The position numbers and the translations under genes are program-made. From an uncultured Haloferula sp. (GTDB lineage: Bacteria; Verrucomicrobiota; Verrucomicrobiia; Verrucomicrobiales; Akkermansiaceae): a DNA stretch of 42,404 bases. Location of the stretch: the NCBI GenBank assembly GCA_965652295.1, contig CBFGTS010000024.1, positions 1 through 42,404 of the forward strand, in the 5' to 3' direction. Positions 28,544 through 38,277 of this stretch are shown piece after piece. Numbering within the stretch: position 1 is the first letter of the stretch; each line of letters starts with the position of its first letter. The notes beneath the pieces are model-generated. The model had not been told where the DNA came from. It saw only the letters and a program-made list of their open reading frames with translations, and ran no database searches.

Positions 28544-29611
28544 TCACATCACCTCCCGCAGCACCTCCATCACCCCGGCAGCGGTGCGGTCCCAGGTCGC
28601 CCACTTCGCCTGGAGCTGGGCTCTTTCCCCCAGCTCGACACGCCATCCAGGATCGACGACAAGTCCCCAGATCCTGCCGGCGAAACCTTCGAGATCCCCG
28701 GCTTCCACATGCCGCGCCGCGGGCAGAACCTCGCCCACGCCAGCGTGCGAAGAAATCACCGCCGGCACACCGAAGGCGGCCGCTTCCAGCGCCACCAGCC
28801 CGAAGGGTTCCTGCCGCGACGGCATGCATAGTACATCGGTCCGCGCCAGCAGCGCCCTCACCGCTTCCCGGCCGATGAAGCCGGGCATCTCAAAGCGCGG
28901 TGCCAGCCCGAGCTTCACGATCCGTTCGACCAGTTCCGGCTGCATCTCGCCGCGTCCCGCGAGGGTGAACTGCACGACCCGATTCATCCGCGCGATCTTC
29001 GCGGCGATCTCGACGAAATCATCCGGTGCCTTCTGCCATGTCAGGCGGCCGATGAAACTCACCCGCGGCACGCCGGTTTCCCGCCGCCACGGCTTCACCG
29101 GATCGATCCCGTTGTGCACCACGTGGATCTTGCTACGGTCCACGCCGTACTCATCCTCGCAGCGACCGGCCGTCCGGTGGCTCACGGCGATGACCGCATC
29201 CGCCGCACGCACGCCGGCACCCTCGATTTCCCGGATTTCCGGCACCGCCATGCCGCCGGAGCGATCGATCTCCAACGAGTGGACATGAGCGACCCACGGC
29301 CTGCCGGTTCTCCGCGCCCATGCCATGGCAGCGGGGAAAGTCATCCAATCGTGTGCATGCACCACGTCATGCTGCGCGGCCCTGGCCATCACGAGCTGAC
29401 CGAATTCGCCGCCTTCCAGATCCGTGGGATCGCAATCGTAAGGATCAGCCACCCCTCCTCCGGGAGTGATCACGTCCACGCCGGTGAGCCGGTCCAACGC
29501 GCGGGCGATCCCCTCGCACGCCACGCCGAGCCCTCCGGTGACTTCCGGAGGGTATTCCCAGGTCAGCAACGCCACCTTCGGGCGGAAAAACGAATCATCG
29601 GTCAACGACAA
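28544..29611 (-). CDS. Glycosyltransferase family 4
   Basis: WEYPP..GGLG, HAHDW, HVHS, IGRL..QK, PSRQEPFGLVALEA; TTG start is uncertain. Confidence 0.88.
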   Translation of the reverse strand: MSLTDDSFFRPKVALLTWEYPPEVTGGLGVACEGIARALDRLTGVDVITPGGGVADPYDCDPTDLEGGEFGQLVMARAAQHDVVHAHDWMTFPAAMAWARRTGRPWVAHVHSLEIDRSGGMAVPEIREIEGAGVRAADAVIAVSHRTAGRCEDEYGVDRSKIHVVHNGIDPVKPWRRETGVPRVSFIGRLTWQKAPDDFVEIAAKIARMNRVVQFTLAGRGEMQPELVERIVKLGLAPRFEMPGFIGREAVRALLARTDVLCMPSRQEPFGLVALEAAAFGVPAVISSHAGVGEVLPAARHVEAGDLEGFAGRIWGLVVDPGWRVELGERAQLQAKWATWDRTAAGVMEVLREVM

Positions 29612-29665
29612 GATCCCACCCCTAGCACAGGCTCACGACATGGCCAGCCCGGGCTGCGTCGCAGG

Positions 29666-30013
29666 TCACTTGCCGGAACGAACGATCGAGTTCGTCTCGT
29701 CGAGCACCAGTTTGACCGGCTCGACCGGAACCTCGCTCAACGCGAAGGCCATGATGGTGAGCCGTTCGCCCTTTTTGATCCGGTTGGCGGCCCCGCCGTT
29801 GATCAGGATTTTCCCGGTGCCCGGCGGACCGGCCAGCACGTAGGTTTCGAGCCGGGCGGTGGTATCGATCGACGCCACCAGCACCTTTTCGCCCTCCCAC
29901 AGGTCGGCGGCCTCCATCAGATCACGCGGAATTTCGATGCTTCCCTCGTAGTCGACCACCGAGTCGGTCGCGACCGCGCGGTAGAGCTTGGATTTCAAGA
30001 CCTGACGAAGCAT
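29666..30013 (-). CDS. panD: Aspartate 1-decarboxylase
   Basis: LKSKL.RA, YEG-S self-cleavage site, RLETY, NGGAA; start at ATG 30013. Confidence 0.93.
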   Translation of the reverse strand: MLRQVLKSKLYRAVATDSVVDYEGSIEIPRDLMEAADLWEGEKVLVASIDTTARLETYVLAGPPGTGKILINGGAANRIKKGERLTIMAFALSEVPVEPVKLVLDETNSIVRSGK

Positions 30014-30210
30014 GGCGGGCGGAACGAACCACCCCCGCCGCAGCCGGTCAAGCGGGAACCACGACCGCGGAAACGCGCGCACCTTGCCCCGGATGACGGA
30101 GGCATTTGAACGAGGCCGGCATTGCGCCAAGTAACAGATGCGGTTTCCATGAAACCTCCTCCGCGGAACCCAGAGTCAACCCACTCCCGCGGAGACCACG
30201 TATCAACCCG

Positions 30211-32466
30211 ATGAAAGCAAAACATATCCTCACACTGCTGCTCGCCAGCGGCCTGGGAGCTCCACTCCATGCGCAGTGGAAACCGGTCGAAGGCAAGATC
30301 ATGACCCGATGGGCGAAGGACCTCTCGCCCGACGAGGTCTGGACCGAATATCCACGCCCGCTGCTTGAGCGGGAGTCGTGGAGCAACCTCAACGGCCTCT
30401 GGGATTTCCAGGTGACCGGCAAGGACGACGGCCAACCCTCCAGCTGGGAAACGCAGATCCTCGTGCCCTTCGCTCCGGAAGCCGCCCTGTCAGGGGTCGG
30501 CCGGATCATCGAGGCGGATGAAGCCACCTGGTACCGCCGTCCGCTGCCGGCCCCGGTTTCCGGAAACCGGACGCTGCTCCATTTTGAAGCGGTCGATTAC
30601 GACACCACCGTCTGGGTCAACGGCCGGGAAATCGGCAAGCACCGCGGCGGCAACACACCCTTCAGCTTCGACATCACCGACGCGCTCAAGGCCGACGGCA
30701 ACGAGCTCATCGTCCGCTGCTACGACGCCACCGAGGAGTTCCAGCTCAACGGCAAGCAACGCCGCAAAGCGGAAGGCATTTGGTACACCCGCGTCACCGG
30801 CATCTGGCAGACGGTGTGGCTGGAGAACGTCCCGCAGCGCTCGCTGGAAGACCTCGACTTTGCCTGCGACATCAAGGCCGGTACGGTGACCGTCACGCCG
30901 AAGCTCCGCGGAAACGCCGTTTCCGGCGAAAAAATCCGCGTGTCCATCGCGGGCGGCCCCACCGCCGAAGGCACCGGAAAGCTCACGCTGAAGATCCCGA
31001 ACGCGGAGCTCTGGTCGCCCAAGAACCCGAAGATCTACGATCTCAAGGTCGAGCTGATCGACCGTTCCGGCAAGGTGATCGACTCCGCCAAGTCCTACAC
31101 CGCGCTGCGGAAAGTCGGCAAAACCAAGGACGCCAATGGCCACTGGCGTTTCACGCTGAATGATGAAGTGATCTTCCACTGGGGTCCGCTCGATCAGGGC
31201 TGGTGGCCCGGCGGATTGCTCACCCCGCCCTCCGACGAGGCGATGCTCTCCGACATCGAGTTCCTCCGCGACGCGGGCTTCAACATGATCCGCAAGCACA
31301 TCAAGGTGGAGCCCCGCCGCTACTACATGCACTGCGACCGCCTCGGCATGCTGCTGTGGCAGGACCAGGTCAGCGGCGGCCCGAGCCCCCGCTGGACGCG
31401 CTTCGACCGCAACCCGGAGGACGCCAAGTGGCCCTCCGAGCACGCCGAGCAGTGGGTGGTGGAATACAAGCGCATGGTGGATCACCTGCGCGATCACCCG
31501 AGCATCGTCGTCTGGACTCCCTTCAACGAAGCCTGGGGCCAGCATGATACCGTCGCGATGGGCAAAATGGCCATCGACTACGACAAGACCCGCCTCATCA
31601 ACATCGCCTCCGGCGGAAACTTCTGGGAAATCGGAGACATCGCCGACGAGCACCGCTATCCGCATCCCGGATTCCCCTTCGAGCAGAAGCGGCTCGATGA
31701 CTACATCAAGGTCGTCGGCGAATTCGGCGGCCATGGTTTCCCCGTGGAGGGTCACCTCTGGGACGCCAATGCCCGCAACTGGGGATACGGCGGCCTGCCG
31801 AAAGACATCGACGAGTGGAAGGAGCGCTACCGTCAATCCATCAACATCCTCTGCGAGCTGCGCAAACAGGGCGTCGCCGCCGGCGTTTACACGCAAACGA
31901 CCGACGTCGAGGGCGAAATCAACGGCCTGCTGACCTACGACCGCATCGAGAAGCTCGATGCCGGCTGGTTCAAGGAACTCTCCGACAAGCTCCTGAACAC
32001 GCCGGACGTGGTGGAACGCACCACCGTCCTCGCCACCGCGGTGGAAAAGGCGGAAACCTGGCGCTACACGACCTCCGAGCCCGGCGATGGCTGGCAGAAG
32101 GCCGGCTTCGACGACTCCTCGTGGAAATCCGACACCGCCGGCTTCGGCACGGTCGGCACGCCCAACGCGCGGGTCCGCACCGATTGGAAGTCCTCCGACA
32201 TCTGGCTGCGCAAGGAGTTCAACGCCAAGCCCCGGTCCGACGGCAGCTACGTGATCTCCGTCTACCATGACGAGGACGCGCAGGTTTTCCTGAACGGCAG
32301 CAAGGTCGCCGACCTGACCGGCCATACCGGAGGCTACGTGTCGATTCCGCTCGAAGACGCCTCGCTGGTGAAATCCGGCAAGAACGTCATCGCCGTGCAC
32401 TGCCACCAGACTCAGGGCGGACAGTTCATCGACCTCGGACTCTACCACGAGACGCCGGTCGACTGA
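30211..32466 (+). CDS. Secreted glycoside hydrolase family 2 with C-terminal beta-sandwich domain
   Basis: Signal peptide from ATG 30211; YPRP, LNGLW, LHFEAVD, GIWQTVWLE, GFNMIRKHIK, FNEAWG (acid/base), GEFGG (nucleophile). Confidence 0.92.
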   Translation: MKAKHILTLLLASGLGAPLHAQWKPVEGKIMTRWAKDLSPDEVWTEYPRPLLERESWSNLNGLWDFQVTGKDDGQPSSWETQILVPFAPEAALSGVGRIIEADEATWYRRPLPAPVSGNRTLLHFEAVDYDTTVWVNGREIGKHRGGNTPFSFDITDALKADGNELIVRCYDATEEFQLNGKQRRKAEGIWYTRVTGIWQTVWLENVPQRSLEDLDFACDIKAGTVTVTPKLRGNAVSGEKIRVSIAGGPTAEGTGKLTLKIPNAELWSPKNPKIYDLKVELIDRSGKVIDSAKSYTALRKVGKTKDANGHWRFTLNDEVIFHWGPLDQGWWPGGLLTPPSDEAMLSDIEFLRDAGFNMIRKHIKVEPRRYYMHCDRLGMLLWQDQVSGGPSPRWTRFDRNPEDAKWPSEHAEQWVVEYKRMVDHLRDHPSIVVWTPFNEAWGQHDTVAMGKMAIDYDKTRLINIASGGNFWEIGDIADEHRYPHPGFPFEQKRLDDYIKVVGEFGGHGFPVEGHLWDANARNWGYGGLPKDIDEWKERYRQSINILCELRKQGVAAGVYTQTTDVEGEINGLLTYDRIEKLDAGWFKELSDKLLNTPDVVERTTVLATAVEKAETWRYTTSEPGDGWQKAGFDDSSWKSDTAGFGTVGTPNARVRTDWKSSDIWLRKEFNAKPRSDGSYVISVYHDEDAQVFLNGSKVADLTGHTGGYVSIPLEDASLVKSGKNVIAVHCHQTQGGQFIDLGLYHETPVD

Positions 32467-32534
32467 ACCGCCGCCGATTTTCGGCAAACCGGACCTTCGA
32501 CATCGGCGCGATCCCTGCTTAAGTCGGCGCGCCG

Positions 32535-35267
32535 ATGACCGAATCCTCCCCTACCCGTGAACAACTCCGCCGCGAGGGTTTCGAACAGATCGACGAAACC
32601 CTCGCGACGCTCATCGAATCCCTCGGAGAAGCCCTGCATTCGCTGGGTGAGGACGACCTGATCCCCTACCTCCCCTGGTCCGGCACCGTGCCCGAGGACC
32701 ATCCACCGGAGGGGACCCAGCAGCTTTATTCGATCGGCTTCCAGCTCCTCAACATGGTCGAGGAACGCGTCGCCGCCGCGATCCGCCGCGAGCGGGAAAA
32801 GACTCTCGGTGCCGACTCCATCCGCGGCCTCTGGCCCCGCGCCCTCAAGGACATGAGCGAGATGGGACTCTCGCCGGAGGAAATCATCGGTGTTCTGCGT
32901 GATGTCGATGTCCAACCGGTGCTCACCGCTCACCCCACCGAGGCCAAACGCTCGTCCGTCCGCGAGCGCCACCGCGCGCTTTACGACGAACTCGTCCGCT
33001 CCGAATACCCGAAATACACCGAGCGCGAGCAGCGCCGCATCCGCGCCCGCATCGTCACCGCGTTGGAGACCCTCTGGCGAACCGGCGAGATCCACCTCGT
33101 CCGGCCGGATCTCTTCCGCGAGCTGCGCGACGCGATTCACTACCTGCGCGATCTCTTCCCGCACGCCCTCAACCGCCTCGACCTCCACTTCACCGAAGCC
33201 TGGCGCGACGCAGGCTTTCCGATGGACGTCCTCCGCGCCGCGGAAAACGTGCCCCGGCTTTCCTTCGGCACCTGGATCGGCGGCGACCGCGACGGCCACC
33301 CACTGGTCACCCCGGCGATCACCCGCGAAACCCTCGGCATGCTGCGCAAGGCCGCGCTCCAGCTCCTCCACCGCGAGCTGGTCACCCTGGGCACCCAACT
33401 CACGCTTTCCCGCCAGCTCAACGAAGTCCCCGACGAGCTCGAAACCCGCATCGACGAGCTCTCCTTCACCCTCGGCGACGAGACCGTTTCCACCGCCCTT
33501 CACAACCGCTTCCACGAAGAACCCTGGCGCCACCTCGCCGCCCTGATGGCCGCGCGGCTCAAGCGCCAGATCGACGATCTCCCCGGCTACGACGGACCCG
33601 CTGCCTTTGGCGAGGACCTCAAGCTGCTGAGCGACACCATCAACGCCACCGGCTGCACCCACATCGACGAGCAGTACATCCGGCCGCTCCGCCAGAAGCT
33701 CGACATCTTCGGCTTCCACCTCGCCACCCTCGATGTACGGCAGAACTCGGAGTTCCACGATGCCGCCATCGCCCAGCTGCTCACCGCCGCCGGCATTCCC
33801 GATGGTGAAAACTACGCCTCCTGGCCCGAGGAAGAGCGCCTCACCCTGCTCGAAAGCGAACTCAAGTCACCCCGGCCCTTCCTTCACGACACCGCCAGCG
33901 CCGGCGAGCAGGCCGATCTCGTGCTCGAAGCCTACCGCGTCCTGGGTGCCGAAATCGCGGCCCACGGCAAGCACGGCCTCGGCGCGCTCATCATCTCGAT
34001 GACCCGCCAGCTCTCCGACCTGCTCGGCGTTTTCCTCCTCGCCCGCGAGGCCGGGCTCATGGAAATGACCCCCGGGGGGCCGATCTGCCCGCTCGAAGTC
34101 GTCCCGCTCTTCGAGACCATGGACGACCTTGAGCGCGCCCCCGGCATCCTTGGCGACTACCTCGCCCATCCCTTCGTGAAACGCCGCGCCGCCGGAACCC
34201 AGCAGGTCATGCTCGGCTATTCGGACTCGAACAAGGACTGCGGCATCCTCACCGCAGCCTGGTCCCTCCACCGCGCGCAGGAAAACCTCACCCAGGTCGC
34301 CGGTGAGCACGGCGTGAAACTCCGCTTCTTCCATGGCCGCGGCGGCACCATTTCCCGCGGTGCCGGCCCCACCCACTGGTTCATGGCCGCGCTGCCCCAC
34401 GGCTCGCTTTCCGGCGGCTTCCGCATGACCGAGCAAGGCGAAACCATCGCCCAGAAGTACGCGAATCTCGCCAACGCCACCTACAATCTCGAACTCCTCC
34501 TCGCCGGCACCGCCATCACCACCGCGCACCACCGCCAGCCCGCCCCGGCCGCCGACCCCGCCGAGGCGCTCGTCCCCGAGCTTTCCGCCGCCAGCCAGCA
34601 CGCCTACCAGCAACTCCTGCACTCCGAGGGTTTCATCGAGTTCTACCGCCAGGCCACGCCCATCGATGCGCTCGAAAACTCCCGCATCGGTTCCCGCCCC
34701 GCCCGCCGCACCGGCAAGAAGGGCCACTCCATCGCCGACCTCCGCGCCATCCCCTGGGTCTTCTCCTGGACCCAGGCCCGCTTCTACCTGCCCGGCTGGT
34801 TCGGCGTCGGCAGCGCATTGGAGGAAATGAAGGCCCGGACCCCCGACAAATTCGCCGCTCTCAAGGCCGCGCTGCCCGGCTCCACCTTCCTCAGCTACAC
34901 CCTCACCAACGTCGAAACCAACCTCGCCTCCGCCAATCTCGACCTGATGGGCGACTACGCCGGCCTCGTCACCGATGAAGCCCTGCGCGCGCGTTTCATG
35001 GATCTCATCGTCGCCGAGTTCGAGCGCACCCGCACCCTCCTCGCCGAGCTGTTCGATGGCGACATGCGTTCCCGCCGCCCCCGCATGGCCAAGACCCTCG
35101 ACATCCGCGAAGCCCCGCTCCGCGTCCTCCACCGCCAACAGGTCGAGCTTCTCGGCCAATGGAGGAAACTCGTCGCCGCCGGCCGCGACTCCGAAGCCGA
35201 GGCCATGTTTCCCAAGCTCCTTCTCTCCATCAACGCCATCTCCTCGGGTCTTCGCACCACGGGATAA
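32535..35267 (+). CDS. ppc: Phosphoenolpyruvate carboxylase
   Basis: VLTAHPTE, WIGGDRDGHP, VPLFET, QVMLGYSDSNKD, FHGRGGTISRG, LRAIPWVFSW. Confidence 0.97.
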   Translation: MTESSPTREQLRREGFEQIDETLATLIESLGEALHSLGEDDLIPYLPWSGTVPEDHPPEGTQQLYSIGFQLLNMVEERVAAAIRREREKTLGADSIRGLWPRALKDMSEMGLSPEEIIGVLRDVDVQPVLTAHPTEAKRSSVRERHRALYDELVRSEYPKYTEREQRRIRARIVTALETLWRTGEIHLVRPDLFRELRDAIHYLRDLFPHALNRLDLHFTEAWRDAGFPMDVLRAAENVPRLSFGTWIGGDRDGHPLVTPAITRETLGMLRKAALQLLHRELVTLGTQLTLSRQLNEVPDELETRIDELSFTLGDETVSTALHNRFHEEPWRHLAALMAARLKRQIDDLPGYDGPAAFGEDLKLLSDTINATGCTHIDEQYIRPLRQKLDIFGFHLATLDVRQNSEFHDAAIAQLLTAAGIPDGENYASWPEEERLTLLESELKSPRPFLHDTASAGEQADLVLEAYRVLGAEIAAHGKHGLGALIISMTRQLSDLLGVFLLAREAGLMEMTPGGPICPLEVVPLFETMDDLERAPGILGDYLAHPFVKRRAAGTQQVMLGYSDSNKDCGILTAAWSLHRAQENLTQVAGEHGVKLRFFHGRGGTISRGAGPTHWFMAALPHGSLSGGFRMTEQGETIAQKYANLANATYNLELLLAGTAITTAHHRQPAPAADPAEALVPELSAASQHAYQQLLHSEGFIEFYRQATPIDALENSRIGSRPARRTGKKGHSIADLRAIPWVFSWTQARFYLPGWFGVGSALEEMKARTPDKFAALKAALPGSTFLSYTLTNVETNLASANLDLMGDYAGLVTDEALRARFMDLIVAEFERTRTLLAELFDGDMRSRRPRMAKTLDIREAPLRVLHRQQVELLGQWRKLVAAGRDSEAEAMFPKLLLSINAISSGLRTTG

Positions 35268-35275
35268 ACCGGACC

Positions 35276-35905
35276 TTGAAACTCCTCATCACCGCCGGCC
35301 CCACCCGCGAGCCGCTCGATCCCGTCCGCTACCTGACCAATCGCTCGTCGGGAAAAATGGGCTACGCCCTCGCCGCCGCCGCCGCGCACGAAGGCCACCA
35401 GGTTCTGCTCATCTCCGGCCCCGCGAATCTCGATATCCCCGATGGCGTCGACTTCCTCCCGGTGGAAACCGCCGCCGACATGTTCGAGGCCGTGAAGCAT
35501 CACATCGGCCGCATGGAAGCCGCCATCTTCGCCGCCGCCGTGGCCGACTACCGCCCTGTCGTCGCCGCCGGACAAAAGATCAAGAAAACCGGCGAGACCC
35601 TCACCCTCGAACTCGTCCGCAACCCCGACATCCTCGGCTCCTGCCGCAGCGAATTCGGATTTACGGGAACCCTAGTAGGTTTTGCCGCCGAAACCGAAAA
35701 CCTCGCCGCCCACGCCCGCGCCAAGCTGGAGAAGAAAGGCTGCGACCTCATCGTCGCCAACGACGTCTCCCAGCCCGGCATCGGCTTCGACTCCGACCGC
35801 AATCAGGTCCTCCTCGTCTTCCCCGACCGCATCGAGTCCCTCCCGGAGGACGACAAACACCACCTCGCCCACCGGATCATCCAGATCGTGGAGCGCCGGC
35901 TATGA
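35276..35905 (+). CDS. coaB: Stand-alone phosphopantothenate-cysteine ligase (CoaB half of CoaBC)
   Basis: LITAGPTRE..DPVRYLTNRSSGKMG, AAVADY, NPDIL, VGFAAET, IVANDV; TTG start at 35276, no flavoprotein domain. Confidence 0.88.
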   Translation: MKLLITAGPTREPLDPVRYLTNRSSGKMGYALAAAAAHEGHQVLLISGPANLDIPDGVDFLPVETAADMFEAVKHHIGRMEAAIFAAAVADYRPVVAAGQKIKKTGETLTLELVRNPDILGSCRSEFGFTGTLVGFAAETENLAAHARAKLEKKGCDLIVANDVSQPGIGFDSDRNQVLLVFPDRIESLPEDDKHHLAHRIIQIVERRL

Positions 35906-35999
35906 AACCGTCATCGTCAGATCACCGGGTCTCCTCTCCCCGCCGGCCCCCAAAAAAACATGCTTTGATCCGCTGGCCCGCATCGCCAGTTTCCCCCCC

Positions 36000-36749
36000 G
36001 TGACCGATCTCGAACTCACCGTCCACGCCGCCGCCGAGGCCGGCAAGCTCCTCAAACAGCACTTCGGCTCCGAAGCCGCCGTCGATGAGGCCACCGCCCA
36101 TGACATCAAGCTCGCCCTCGACAAGGAATCGCAGAGCCTGATCGAGGGCATCCTCCTCGGTGCCCGGCCCGACGACGCGTTCTATGGTGAGGAAGGCATC
36201 GGCGGAAACACGGGATCCCACCGCCAGTGGATCGTCGATCCCATCGATGGCACCGTGAATTTCTACTACGGCATCCCGCACTTCTGCGTTTCGATCGCCC
36301 TGCGAGTCGACGGCGACGTCGTCCTCGGCGTCATCCACGATCCCATCGTCGGCGAGACCTGGACGGTGGAAAAAGGCGGCAAGCCCTGTCTCAACGGCAA
36401 GCCCATCTCCTGCTCCAAACGCGCCCGGCTGGAAGAGTGCGCGATCTTCGTCGGCTGCGGCAAGGACGAGGAAGCTCTCACCGTCGGCCTCGAACGTTTC
36501 CGCAAGGCCTCCGTCCGCGCCCGCAAGATGCGCATGATGGGCAGCGCCGCGCTCGGCCTCGCCTACATCGCCACCGGTCGGCTCGATGCCTACGTCGAGT
36601 CCCGTATCTCCCTCTGGGACATCGCTGCCGGCAAGCTCCTCGTCGAGGCCGGCGGCGGAAAAGTCACCCTCCAGGAAAACCCCGGCTCCACCGACTCCTG
36701 GGCCATCGTCGCCACCAACGGGCTGATCCCGATCGAGGAAATCCTCTGA
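36000..36749 (+). CDS. Inositol monophosphatase family protein (SuhB-like)
   Basis: GEE, WIVDPIDGTVNF, GSAAL, WDIAAG; GTG start at 36000. Confidence 0.9.
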   Translation: MTDLELTVHAAAEAGKLLKQHFGSEAAVDEATAHDIKLALDKESQSLIEGILLGARPDDAFYGEEGIGGNTGSHRQWIVDPIDGTVNFYYGIPHFCVSIALRVDGDVVLGVIHDPIVGETWTVEKGGKPCLNGKPISCSKRARLEECAIFVGCGKDEEALTVGLERFRKASVRARKMRMMGSAALGLAYIATGRLDAYVESRISLWDIAAGKLLVEAGGGKVTLQENPGSTDSWAIVATNGLIPIEEIL

Positions 36750-36829
36750 CGCTCCGAGAGCGTAGGTGACAGATCCCGCCCGGCCACCTCGGCTTCCATC
36801 TACGATCCATCATCTGCCATCTTCGTCCC

Positions 36830-37294
36830 ATGACCGGCCTCGGCTACGACATTCATCGTTTCAAGGAAGGACGCCCGCTCATCCTCGGCGGCGTGGAGAT
36901 CCAGCACACCCACGGCCTCGACGGCCATTCGGATGCGGACGTGCTCTCCCACGCGATCGCCGATGCCGTGCTCGGGGCGCTCGGGCTGCCGGACATCGGT
37001 CACTGGTTTCCGCCCGGTGACCCCACCTGCAAGGACATTTCCTCGCTCAAGATCCTCGAAAAGGCCGCAGCGCTGATCCGCGAAAAAGGCCATGAGCTCG
37101 TCAACGTCGATGCCACGCTCATCGCCGAGGCGCCCAAGGTCCTGCCTCACCGCGAGGCCATGCAGGCGAACATCGGCAAGGCCCTCGGCATCGCGCCCGA
37201 GCGGGTCGGCATCAAGGCGACCACCAATGAGTTGCTCGGAGCCATCGGCCGCCGCGAGGGCATCGCCGCCATGGCCGTCGCCCAAGTCGATTGA
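36830..37294 (+). CDS. ispF: 2-C-methyl-D-erythritol 2,4-cyclodiphosphate synthase
   Basis: GYDIHRF, LILGGV, GHSDADV..HA..DA.LGA....DIG, IKATT.E.LG..GR.EG. Confidence 0.96.
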   Translation: MTGLGYDIHRFKEGRPLILGGVEIQHTHGLDGHSDADVLSHAIADAVLGALGLPDIGHWFPPGDPTCKDISSLKILEKAAALIREKGHELVNVDATLIAEAPKVLPHREAMQANIGKALGIAPERVGIKATTNELLGAIGRREGIAAMAVAQVD

Positions 37295-37305
37295 TTTCCG
37301 CCGCC

Positions 37306-37334
37306 TTGCCAAGCTCTTCGCCGTTCCGTAGTTT
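37306..37334 (+). promoter_or_regulatory. Sigma70-type promoter placed for a leaderless transcript
   Basis: TTGCCA-N17-TAGTTT, then 6 nt to GTG 37341. Confidence 0.5.
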
Positions 37335-37340
37335 CCCACC

Positions 37341-37607
37341 GTGCTTCCAAGCCGACCCGACCGTCCGTTTCTCGCCACCTGGCTGCGCCGCACGCGCAAG
37401 CAGCTGGCACCCAGCGGCCGCCTCAGCGAGCTGGCACTGATCCTGAGTCGCCGCGAGGGCAACTCCCCGGTTTTCTGGTCCGATTGGCTGCGCCGTGTGC
37501 TTGAGGAAGAAATCACTCCGACGCTCGACGAGCTGACTGCCATCGACCTGCTTCTCGCCCGGCCCAAGCCCCGGCCCGTCACGGAGACCGAGCTTTGCCT
37601 CTTCTGA
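37341..37607 (+). CDS. Small hypothetical protein, possibly HTH-like
   Basis: 88 aa, helical pattern WLRR.RKQL...SELALIL...W..WLRRVLE...PTLD; has its own promoter. Confidence 0.55.
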   Translation: MLPSRPDRPFLATWLRRTRKQLAPSGRLSELALILSRREGNSPVFWSDWLRRVLEEEITPTLDELTAIDLLLARPKPRPVTETELCLF

Positions 37608-37660
37608 AACGTATCCCGAACGTGGCGTCGGCTTCCGGCCAGTGAGAGTCCGGCGGGCGT

Positions 37661-38161
37661 TCAACCTGCCCCTCCGGACGCACCCGCCTGACGTTTCCAC
37701 ATCAACACCGTCAGCCAGAACGCGAGCCCCATCAGGCCCGGATCGTCCACGGAGCCCTCAATCACAACCCTGCGGGTCATGGGATGCACCGGCCGGATGG
37801 AAAGGTTTCCGCCCAGCGCCATCGTCCTCCCCAGCCCGATCGCACGGAGCTCCCGACTCTGGCCGTTCCAATCGATGTCGAACGTCCGCGTCAACGGGTT
37901 CCTCTTCTTTGCCACTGCCACCGTTGTCCCAGCCCGTTTCATCTCCCACGTCCCGGAAAGGAATCCCTCCTTCCGCACTTCATAAGACACTCCGTTCACC
38001 TCAAAGCCACCCTCCTCGCCAAAGCCCCTCAACCACGTCGCCCCCCTCAGCCCGTCACCGTCGAACGATAGTCCCACGAACAGATCCCGATGGGAACGCA
38101 CTCGATCATAGGTGCCATCCAAGCCGATCGCGGACAAGGCGGCCATGGGAGATTTTGCCAT
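37661..38161 (-). CDS. Hypothetical beta-rich protein
   Basis: Beta-strand-rich body with a hydrophobic C-terminal helix; start uncertain (ATG 38161 or later). Confidence 0.55.
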   Translation of the reverse strand: MAKSPMAALSAIGLDGTYDRVRSHRDLFVGLSFDGDGLRGATWLRGFGEEGGFEVNGVSYEVRKEGFLSGTWEMKRAGTTVAVAKKRNPLTRTFDIDWNGQSRELRAIGLGRTMALGGNLSIRPVHPMTRRVVIEGSVDDPGLMGLAFWLTVLMWKRQAGASGGAG

Positions 38162-38218
38162 GATTGGAGGCGGTTCTCGCCGATGAAACCGGTCCTTCCC
38201 CGCTCCGACGGAAGCACG

Positions 38219-38250
38219 AAAAACGGCGACCTCCCCATCGAGAGGTCGCC
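38219..38250 (-). terminator. Intrinsic terminator of the PEP-CTERM gene
   Basis: Minus strand GGCGACCTC-8nt-GAGGTCGCC followed by GTTTTT, ~28 nt after the stop. Confidence 0.7.
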
Positions 38251-38277
38251 ATGAGAAAAATGCAGCGGAAGCTTCCA

